In this document: positions 8,892 to 16,576 of the stretch, in pieces
Position numbering within the stretch: the first letter of the stretch is position 1
How the letters are laid out: each line of letters starts with the position of its first letter
Assembly (NCBI GenBank): GCA_016930515.1
Contig: JAFGGO010000009.1
Span: 1-24,397, forward strand
DNA from: Promethearchaeota archaeon
Lineage (GTDB): Archaea > Asgardarchaeota > Lokiarchaeia > Sigyniarchaeales > SOKP01
Reading direction: 5' to 3'
Length of the DNA: 24,397 nucleotides
Notes under the pieces: model-generated
What the model was told of the DNA's origin: nothing
Database searches by the model: none
The model's input: only the letters and a program-made list of their open reading frames with translations
Translations under genes and position numbers: made by a program

Positions 8892-9149
8892 TTATTTAAC
8901 TGATGCAATTTCCATTGATATAGCGCTTTGGGGACACTCCTTTATGCAAACTCCACATCCATCGCAATTTCTCTCTCTATCTGGAATGAAAATGGAATAA
9001 GCGGTTCCATTTTTAACTAAAATGACCGCATTTTCATGCGTGAGCTTGCCACTCGTTTTTAATTCGTCAAAATTAATCGGGCAACTAACAACGCACACAT
9101 TGCATCCAGTGCATAAAGTTTTATTTATTCTAAGGTTAAATACTTGCAT
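8892..9149 (-). CDS. fwdG: 2x[4Fe-4S] ferredoxin, formylmethanofuran dehydrogenase subunit G
   Basis: CTGCNVCVVSCPIN...VKNG...CDGCGVCIKECP; 85 aa, located in the fwd operon. Confidence 0.85.
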   Translation of the reverse strand: MQVFNLRINKTLCTGCNVCVVSCPINFDELKTSGKLTHENAVILVKNGTAYSIFIPDRERNCDGCGVCIKECPQSAISMEIASVK

Positions 9150-9163
9150 TTTAGTCGTCCCTC

Positions 9164-9580
9164 TTAGCTGTTTATCTTATTTGGCCCTAATTGCTTTATC
9201 GTATGCACGAATTCTTCTGCTACTTCCGTTAATTCTGCTCCTTCTGAGGCTGAAATCTGCGTGTAATATACTCTTTTAGGATTTATGCCAAATTGTTCTA
9301 GATATCGATCTAGCAAGGCCATCTTTGCGAAAGTCTTGTAATTTCCTTCGACATAATGACAATCTCCTGCGTGGCAATGAGACACGAGAACTCCGTCAGC
9401 TCCGTTCATTAAAGCGTCCAATACGTGTTGTGGTTCCATCCTACCTCCACACATAACGCGCATTATACGCAAGTTAGCAGGCCTCTGCATTCTTGACGTG
9501 CCCGCCTGGTCTGCACCAGCATAGGTACACCAATTGCAAAAGATCGCTAAAATTTTTGGGTTAAATTCGCTTTCAGTCAT
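9164..9580 (-). CDS. mvhD: [2Fe-2S] MvhD/VhuD subunit (hydrogenase/Fdh-to-HdrA adaptor)
   Basis: FCNWCTYAGAD.AG.SR, RVMC.GR, GADGVL, CH.GDCHY..GN, ISASEG and LGPN. Confidence 0.95.
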   Translation of the reverse strand: MTESEFNPKILAIFCNWCTYAGADQAGTSRMQRPANLRIMRVMCGGRMEPQHVLDALMNGADGVLVSHCHAGDCHYVEGNYKTFAKMALLDRYLEQFGINPKRVYYTQISASEGAELTEVAEEFVHTIKQLGPNKINS

Positions 9581-10148
9581 TATTATTCATTTTTTTCGTT
9601 TCAGAACTATTTCCTTTTCAGTCAATAATTTCATAAAATTGATAGTATTAGGTAGTATCATTAAAAATTTTATAAAAAATTTGCCTTTACATTTGATATT
9701 TTCCGAGCTTAAATATTAACATCAACTCAATATTTTTTCAAGAAGTTTTTCAATGTTGGTTTCTGGGTTTGAGATAAAAAGAATAATTTCTTATTTAGGG
9801 ATATTCTCATACCTTTAAATAATTCACGATTGATTGCCTTCCTAAAATCATTTTGCAGACCTTTTTTTAGGATATTCTTCTCCTATTTTTTTTTTTTATT
9901 GCGATAGTTTATTATTTATTAATATAAAAGCGTTAAATCGAAATTTGGACAATTTAATTAAAAAGGTAAACATTAAAATTCCATATTTTTATAATTGAGA
10001 GAATTTGAGGCTTTAATATCTCAATTTTAACCCAGATGGTTTTTTATGTTTAAGATAAAATCTTTTTTTACATAAATTATGAATCTAATAAAATCTTTTA
10101 ACAAATGCAAGAAGGGATTTATAATTAATTTTTTTTTCAAATTTATTT

Positions 10149-10475
10149 TCATTTTAATTTTACCCTGGTTCCATTATCTCTCAGTTTTTCAATAATCTCT
10201 AAATTTTGGTTAATAATTCGTCGCTTGGTGAATGGATTATCGAACAAGTCGAGTTGTTTTAACGATTCAATATTTACAAGCATTTTTGGAAATTCTTTTA
10301 ATTGATTACCTCTTAATGCAAGTATCTTAAGCGACTTAAGTTCGCATATAGATTCGGGTAGAGCTGTTATTTGATTATGTCTTAAATCTAAAGTCTTGAG
10401 CGATTTTAAATCTCCTATTGATTCAGGAAGAGTCTCAAGTTGATTATAAAATAAGTTGTTTTTGAATACACGCAC
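10149..10475 (-). CDS. Short leucine-rich-repeat protein (about 3 LRRs plus C-cap); may be a 5'-truncated remnant
   Basis: 23-aa repeats NQLETLPESIGDLKSLKTLDLRH / NQITALPESICELKSLKILALRG / NQLKEFPKMLVNIESLKQLDLFD NP. GTG start, begins mid-repeat. Confidence 0.8.
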   Translation of the reverse strand: MRVFKNNLFYNQLETLPESIGDLKSLKTLDLRHNQITALPESICELKSLKILALRGNQLKEFPKMLVNIESLKQLDLFDNPFTKRRIINQNLEIIEKLRDNGTRVKLK

Positions 10476-10593
10476 ACTTGAACCTCATTAAAATTGCTCA
10501 GTTTTTATTTAACGATTTGAGATAATATTTTATTCATTAATTATCGTGAAACAATAATCTAATATAAAACATTCTGGCACGGAACTGAACTTT

Positions 10594-10803
10594 TTATTCG
10601 TTTTTTTTTAAATCTTCGATTTGATTTTCGATTCGAAATTTCAAATCGTAATAGGAGAAATCTCCATTAGAATGTTTCTTTCTTAACCAGCACTCGCATT
10701 GATATCCGTCTTTTCCTAACGAATGGCACCTCCATCCGTCCCCCTCGTCAATATGGAGTGCTAATTCGTGTTCACACACGCAACAAAATCCTTTTTCGTC
10801 CAC
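10594..10803 (-). CDS. Small Cys/His-rich putative zinc-binding protein
   Basis: CCVCEH-x4-H-x8-CH-x8-CEC pattern. GTG start, co-oriented 38 nt downstream of the cupin gene. Confidence 0.65.
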   Translation of the reverse strand: MDEKGFCCVCEHELALHIDEGDGWRCHSLGKDGYQCECWLRKKHSNGDFSYYDLKFRIENQIEDLKKNE

Positions 10804-10841
10804 AAATAATCACGATTAGAAATTATATTAAAATCACTTTT

Positions 10842-11189
10842 TTATAAATAAGGTATCACGCACAGAAACGCTACGATCTTATCTCCTTCGTTTGCGTATC
10901 CGTGAGGTTCGTTTGATGGGATGAAAAACACATCTCCTGGTTTTGCAATAATTTTTTCTCCCTTTTCGTTAATCAATATACAGGATCCCTCTAAAATGTA
11001 GATATGATGCTCCTCGGGATGAGCGTGCACACCGATTTGTCCTCCTGGTTTGATTTCGAACCTGCGAGTGGCGTAGCGTTCAGAACCTTCTTCCTTGGTC
11101 ACGAGCCATCGAATCGTAGTTTTTGTAGCGTTCGCTTTTGTGACAACTTCTTCTAGAGCATCCGTATAATGTTTCCTTATCATGAACAT
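10842..11189 (-). CDS. Cupin domain protein (cupin_2)
   Basis: IKPGG.IGVHAHPEEH.IYILEG and KPGDVFFIPSNEPHGY.N metal-binding cupin motifs. Confidence 0.92.
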   Translation of the reverse strand: MFMIRKHYTDALEEVVTKANATKTTIRWLVTKEEGSERYATRRFEIKPGGQIGVHAHPEEHHIYILEGSCILINEKGEKIIAKPGDVFFIPSNEPHGYANEGDKIVAFLCVIPYL

Positions 11190-11288
11190 CCAAAATTGTT
11201 CCTCAAAAATAAATCTTGTTTATGAGAAGAAGATATAATAAATAACCCTCAGAATATCTTTTTATTTTTCAAGATTTTATTTATTATA

Positions 11289-12944
11289 ATGAGGAAGAAA
11301 ATAATAGCGACGGTTTTATCAATTCTTATTATAATAAGTTTTACTGGCGTGGTATTTTTTTATGTATATCTTCAAAATTCGGGTAATGATTGGCACGAAC
11401 AGTACAAGGAAGATCCCGAATTTCTTCCAAATCCCGGAGGCATTGATTTTGGAATGAATTTGGACGGAATCAACGATTGGGGTCGGGAGTGGCCCTTTAA
11501 GAACCTCATGAAGTTATGCCGTCCGTTCTTGACTGGAAACGACCACTGGGTCAGTGGTGGAAATAATACATGGAATACAGGTCTTATTGATCAAATTCCG
11601 TGCGACGAGGATGGATATCCATTGCAATTACCCCTTAATTTCGGAATGGAAGCGCTTCAAATCGTTCACACGGCTTTCGCGACGCTATATAATTTACCGC
11701 TTGGTAATTACACCTTCCTGTACGACGGGGAAGGAGAATTCGAGTTTACGGGAAATTGGGAAGTTCTCGCTCATTCCCAGGGTAGATATGTCTTAAACAT
11801 GACAACCAACGAGGATTTCCACGGGATTCAAATCCAAAATTCTACCTTAGGAAACCACGCGCGCAATTTCAGGTTAATCAAATCGGAATACGAGGACAAC
11901 TATCTTGACAATCCTTTCAATCCAGCATGGCTCGATAAGTTATCTAATTTTGATACCATTCGATTTATGGATTGGGGATGTACTAATTTTCACGACAATT
12001 TAACTTTCTGGGAAGATCGATCGAAAGTGTCTGAATATTGTTATTCGCACGAAAGGGGCGTTCCATATGAGATAATGATTGAACTTTGTAATCTTTTAAA
12101 CAAAAACGCGTGGGTATGCGTGCCACACGAGGCTTCGGACGATTATATCTCACAAATGGCACAATTATTTCGCGATACTCTCGATCCAGAACTAACGCTT
12201 TATGTGGAATATTCAAACGAGATATGGAACTGGATGTTTCCTGCGACTCACTATTGTTATAATGAAAGTAGTGAAGCTAATCTATCCGTTCCGTGGCCGG
12301 AACGAATTGCACCTTTCATTCAAAACGCTCTTGACATATTTTCAACGACTTTTTCTGGACAAATGTATCGCTTACAACGCGTCGTTGGCGTCCAGGCGGG
12401 ATGGTTTGATGTAGGAAATCGCACGATCTCGAACATAGATCCTGATAGCTATGACATCATCTCTCCAACGGCGTATTTTGGATTCGACGAGGATGCGATT
12501 GCTTTTTTAGAACAGAAAGGCGCTAAAACCACCGTGGAAGACGTTTTCAACTTGGCCCTCGACGGAATAGACAAAAACATAATTCCCTGGATTTCGATGT
12601 ATCTTAATCGCACCATTGAATTAGGAAAGCAAATGGCGTTTTACGAGGCGGGTCAACACCTCACTCCCTATCCGTTTGGATCGGAACAACCCTACGGTCA
12701 AGCGTTAGTAGACATTCAATCTCACGATTGCATGTACTACCTGTATAATTACTTGTTCAATCAAATTAGACGCCTTCGAAACGAATCGGGCTACCAACAA
12801 AACTTTCTCATGGAAATGTATAGCTTCGCAACGAGTCCAAGCGCGCGATATGGAACATGGGGCGTACTTCCCGATATATTTTTGGAACCACCTTACTTAC
12901 CCGATGCTCCTAAATACCAAGCTATTTTGGATAATATGGAATGA
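11289..12944 (+). CDS. Membrane-anchored/secreted putative glycoside hydrolase (TIM-barrel, clan GH-A-like; 'cellulose-binding protein'-type family)
   Basis: N-terminal basic plus hydrophobic anchor; GMNL, D.DGYP, IRFMDW, W.CVPH, YVEYSNEIWN (putative acid/base), FYEAGQH (putative nucleophile), YGTWG and PKYQA. Confidence 0.65.
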   Translation: MRKKIIATVLSILIIISFTGVVFFYVYLQNSGNDWHEQYKEDPEFLPNPGGIDFGMNLDGINDWGREWPFKNLMKLCRPFLTGNDHWVSGGNNTWNTGLIDQIPCDEDGYPLQLPLNFGMEALQIVHTAFATLYNLPLGNYTFLYDGEGEFEFTGNWEVLAHSQGRYVLNMTTNEDFHGIQIQNSTLGNHARNFRLIKSEYEDNYLDNPFNPAWLDKLSNFDTIRFMDWGCTNFHDNLTFWEDRSKVSEYCYSHERGVPYEIMIELCNLLNKNAWVCVPHEASDDYISQMAQLFRDTLDPELTLYVEYSNEIWNWMFPATHYCYNESSEANLSVPWPERIAPFIQNALDIFSTTFSGQMYRLQRVVGVQAGWFDVGNRTISNIDPDSYDIISPTAYFGFDEDAIAFLEQKGAKTTVEDVFNLALDGIDKNIIPWISMYLNRTIELGKQMAFYEAGQHLTPYPFGSEQPYGQALVDIQSHDCMYYLYNYLFNQIRRLRNESGYQQNFLMEMYSFATSPSARYGTWGVLPDIFLEPPYLPDAPKYQAILDNME

Positions 12945-13071
12945 TCAAGTAATTTATTAATTGATTGATTAAACCTTAAATTTTTAAAGCCATGACTCGA
13001 TTGTATTATTAAGTATCGCCTAACTTTAGGAATTTAAAATAAGCTACTACCATCAAGATAGGTTCCCCATA

Positions 13072-14223
13072 ATGCAGGTCACACGAAGCGAGGATTGCTT
13101 GATTTTTTACGCACTCACGCCAGGATCTATGAAAGGTAGCCAAGTTCGAGGAGAATTTCAACATTTCTTGAATTTAAAACAACAGAACGACCCTTCCGAT
13201 CGTTTTAATATCATTGCTTTTCAAGAGGATGGACCTACTTATCTCGATCATTTTACATTAGATCAAGAGATAGTGCTCTCAGCCCTGAAGGCCTTTCACA
13301 AGACAGTTACTCGAGCTAACATTGCGGGCGGAATATTTGTCGCCATTACTTTTATCATTGAAGTGTTTAAAAAAATCTCTGAAAAAATATTTAGACTAGT
13401 GATCCTTTTAGACGATAAATCTTACAAGATTCCGGAGCATTACCTTCCCGTATTAGAAGATCTTATCGATAAAGTCAAGGATATGCCATTCTTTATCGAT
13501 GTGGTCTATTTGAATGCTATTGACGCAGAAGAATGTAGAAAATTGCAGAGACTTTCAGGTCGGACTAAAGGCGATTATTACGAGATTTCGACCATGAGAG
13601 ATTTATCCGCTGCCTTGACGATCCTTTCGGAGAAAAAGAGAATTAAAGTCGCTAATTTTTACAACAAGCAAAAACCAGTTATAATTCAAGAAAATCAACC
13701 GTTTTACGTGAATCTTGCGGATGAACCAATAGTAGTAAACGAGTTGACTTCCTGTGCAATTTGCTTCCAAAAGGATGATACGGGACTTGTGAAGTGTCCT
13801 TCTTGCGATACAGTCGCTCATATGACATGCTTGGCGCAATGGGCGAAAATCTCTAATATTGGTATATCTCATGTCTTTCGATGTCATATTTGCTACAACA
13901 TTCTCAAACTTGACGAACAGTTCGTTCTCGATGTACACGCTGGCAAGATCCCTACTCGAGAACAAATGCTTAAACTACAAAAGAAAGACCTCGTACGCTA
14001 TATGCAGGAATTGGAAGAAAAAGATAAGCCACGGATTGTGCAGGTCATTGATCCCCTTGCAATAGAGCAGGACGAAAGCGAAGATGTAATTGTAGTAGAA
14101 GACGAGATCGTTGAACCAATAAGAAACAAGCCGAAAATAAAAATTGTTATTTGTCCCAATTGTAGTAGATTTACCACGAGCATCAAACAGGAATGCCCAA
14201 TGTGTGGTTTTAAATTATTTTAA
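13072..14223 (+). CDS. vWA domain + C4HC3 RING-like finger + acidic linker + C-terminal C4 zinc ribbon
   Basis: N-terminal about 190 aa with a vWA pattern and no MIDAS DxSxS. CAIC-x10-CPSC-x4-H-x2-C-x3-W...CHIC at about 13753-13893. CPNC-x10-CPMCG at the C-terminus. Confidence 0.8.
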   Translation: MQVTRSEDCLIFYALTPGSMKGSQVRGEFQHFLNLKQQNDPSDRFNIIAFQEDGPTYLDHFTLDQEIVLSALKAFHKTVTRANIAGGIFVAITFIIEVFKKISEKIFRLVILLDDKSYKIPEHYLPVLEDLIDKVKDMPFFIDVVYLNAIDAEECRKLQRLSGRTKGDYYEISTMRDLSAALTILSEKKRIKVANFYNKQKPVIIQENQPFYVNLADEPIVVNELTSCAICFQKDDTGLVKCPSCDTVAHMTCLAQWAKISNIGISHVFRCHICYNILKLDEQFVLDVHAGKIPTREQMLKLQKKDLVRYMQELEEKDKPRIVQVIDPLAIEQDESEDVIVVEDEIVEPIRNKPKIKIVICPNCSRFTTSIKQECPMCGFKLF

Positions 14224-14238
14224 AGATGTAAAAAAAGC

Positions 14239-15576
14239 TTATCTTCTTCCTATTGTTCTGAAAGGAATGCTTTTTGAGAATAAAACATGATCGTATATCC
14301 TCCGACCATCCACGAGGTTTGGTGTTTTCATGAGCTTTTGAAAATCTTGAGGTTGGATGCTCTTGAACTCTTCCCATTCCGTTACTAGTAGAGCACACTC
14401 GGAATCTCTCAGTGCTTCTTCAATCGAATTAGCGTACAAGATAGAGTTTTCAAGGATCTTTTTCGCGGCGCTCTCAGCCCTTGGATCATAGGCCACGATC
14501 GAGGATACTCCTCTTTTTTGAAGTTCTTTAATGATTTTAAGACTGGGTGCTTCTCGCATATCGTCTGTCCCTGGCTTAAAAGAAAGACCAAGAAGAGTTA
14601 TTCTTTTGCTTTTTAGATCTCCAACGAGCTCTTCTGCAATGTCCACTATATGAATTGCTTGATCGTTATTGAGCTCGAGAACCGCCTCGAGAACTTTGGA
14701 TTGAAATCCCTTATCACGACCCCATCTCTTTATGGCGCTGACATCCTTGTGAAAGCACGATCCACCAAATCCAACACCAGCTCCTAAAAATTTGGGATTT
14801 ATTCTATCGTCAAGACCAATCCCTTTCATGACTTGTACGATATCTACATTTGGAATGAGTTCGGAAAAACGAGCGAATTCGTTAGCGAAACTAATTTTCG
14901 TGGATAAAAAACAATTATTTGCGTATTTTACCATCTCTGCGCTTTCAATGTTCATCCGTTCGATAGGAGGATAGGGTTCTTCATAGAACTGCTTCCATGC
15001 GTTTATTAAAATATCCCCACTTTTTTGGTCTAGTTCTCCAATAATTATACGATTGGGGTGAAATGTATCGTAAACTGAGGCTCCTTCCCTTAAAAATTCG
15101 GGTTGCATTGCGAGGCCAAAATCCACTCCCATTTTTTTTCCAGATAATTTTTCAATGTTTTTGCCTATTATATCTCGCGCGGTTCCTGGAACAATGGTGC
15201 TTCTCGCAACGATTAAGTGGTACTCCTTTTTATCTGCTAATGCTTGACCAATTTCCTTTGAGACATTCTCGATAAAGTTCAAGTTAATGCTATCGTCTTC
15301 GCGCATCGGAGTACCCACCGAAATAAATGTAATATCAGTATTGAGGATGGCTTTCTTATTGTCTAAAGTAACAAACAAGTTCTCTTGATTTATAGCGCTT
15401 TTTAAAACCTCGTCTAATCCTTCCTCGAAAAAAGGGGCTTGACCCTTATTAATAAGGTCCGCCTCATCTTTTTTAATCGTAGTCGCGATTACTTTAAACC
15501 CCTTGCTAGCCAAACAAGAAGCCGTAACTAAGCCCACAAATCCACAACCTACGATCGAAAATTTTGGTTTATCCAT
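14239..15576 (-). CDS. ugd: UDP-glucose/GDP-mannose 6-dehydrogenase
   Basis: GCGFVG Rossmann motif, VGTP, RSTIVPGT, PEFLREG, KYANN.FL..KISFANE, GFGGSCF.KD (catalytic Cys), FKPGTDDMREAP and DGR. ATG (MDKPKF) at 15576 preferred over the TTG at 15588. Confidence 0.95.
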   Translation of the reverse strand: MDKPKFSIVGCGFVGLVTASCLASKGFKVIATTIKKDEADLINKGQAPFFEEGLDEVLKSAINQENLFVTLDNKKAILNTDITFISVGTPMREDDSINLNFIENVSKEIGQALADKKEYHLIVARSTIVPGTARDIIGKNIEKLSGKKMGVDFGLAMQPEFLREGASVYDTFHPNRIIIGELDQKSGDILINAWKQFYEEPYPPIERMNIESAEMVKYANNCFLSTKISFANEFARFSELIPNVDIVQVMKGIGLDDRINPKFLGAGVGFGGSCFHKDVSAIKRWGRDKGFQSKVLEAVLELNNDQAIHIVDIAEELVGDLKSKRITLLGLSFKPGTDDMREAPSLKIIKELQKRGVSSIVAYDPRAESAAKKILENSILYANSIEEALRDSECALLVTEWEEFKSIQPQDFQKLMKTPNLVDGRRIYDHVLFSKSIPFRTIGRR

Positions 15577-15705
15577 TATTTGAATCAAAATTAAATGGGA
15601 TAAAAAGCTTTCGAAAGCAAATTGTTCTGATTTTTAATAATAAACACTAAAAAAAACAAAAATTGAAAGGAGATCGTAAAAATAATAAAAAATAAAATAA
15701 TAAAA

Positions 15706-16488
15706 TTAGTTCTCCTTGATTAATCTTTTTTCCAACCATTTAGGAAATAAAAATGCCCAATAAAAACAAATTACCGAGGAAAGTGCGAAATAATTTCCAA
15801 TTATTACATATATAATATAATAATTGCCTATTGCAATTAATATAACTCCAATCCCTAAACTTATCAATGAAAGAAGTAATATTTTCCCTTTAAGCTTGCT
15901 TTTTTTTTGAGGAATTTTAATCGTATTCATAACGAACCAAATTCCAAAAATTTCTATTGATAATAAACCAGTAAATAAGTAAACCTTATGCAAATTGGTA
16001 AAAGCTGGTGCCAAAATGCGATAAAGGTAAGGTGCTAACAATTCTGGAGCAAATAATGCAATTATCACATATGCTACATTAAATGACAATAGAAATGCGC
16101 CACAAAGAGTTTGAATGATTAATCTATTTGTTTTTTTGTTTATTGTAAGCTTAGTAACTCCTAATATCCATGTAAAAGGTCCCCATAATAAGAATCCCCC
16201 TTGAACGAGAAAATATACAGATAATGGGGGTATTACATTGAAAATCATGATTGAGAGAAAAAAAGTTACAACTCCTAACCAAGATTCTGAAATCGAGAGA
16301 AATGTAAAGAAGAAGTACAATAAATTCCTTTCTCTATATTTTTGATACGCTCTTAAAAAGTTGATCATTATATAAAAAACAATTATCTCTAAAACAATAT
16401 CACTAAAACCCATAATGAGGTATATAGGATTATTTATTAAATGTTCTCGAGGATTTGCATAAAACGAAATAATATCACCTGTTATCAA
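15706..16488 (-). CDS. Standalone polytopic membrane protein, about 7 TM helices
   Basis: Seven hydrophobic stretches separated by basic loops, ending FPKWLEKRLI. Very AT-rich. TTG start is uncertain (internal ATG alternative). Confidence 0.7.
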   Translation of the reverse strand: MITGDIISFYANPREHLINNPIYLIMGFSDIVLEIIVFYIMINFLRAYQKYRERNLLYFFFTFLSISESWLGVVTFFLSIMIFNVIPPLSVYFLVQGGFLLWGPFTWILGVTKLTINKKTNRLIIQTLCGAFLLSFNVAYVIIALFAPELLAPYLYRILAPAFTNLHKVYLFTGLLSIEIFGIWFVMNTIKIPQKKSKLKGKILLLSLISLGIGVILIAIGNYYIIYVIIGNYFALSSVICFYWAFLFPKWLEKRLIKEN

Positions 16489-16576
16489 AATAAATATTTC
16501 ATTAGTTGTTTATAATAATTTAAACCTTTTTATTCAGTAAAAATAAGAGAAAAAAAAGAAAAAAAATCTAAAAGTT

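Noticed and set aside
980-9279. Many + strand ORFs (60-133 aa) antisense to mvhG, fdhD and fwd genes
   Set aside because: Fully overlap well-supported genes on the opposite strand and have no motifs; shadow ORFs.
9720-10140. Short hairpins and near-repeats (TTTAGG(G)ATATTCT twice; AATTGAGA/TCTCAATT) as CRISPR or IS ends
   Set aside because: No regularly spaced repeat-spacer units, no transposase, and arms of 8 bp or less in very AT-rich DNA.
15706-16488. Microbial rhodopsin/heliorhodopsin
   Set aside because: No DxxxK or SxxxK retinal-binding Lys in the seventh helix.
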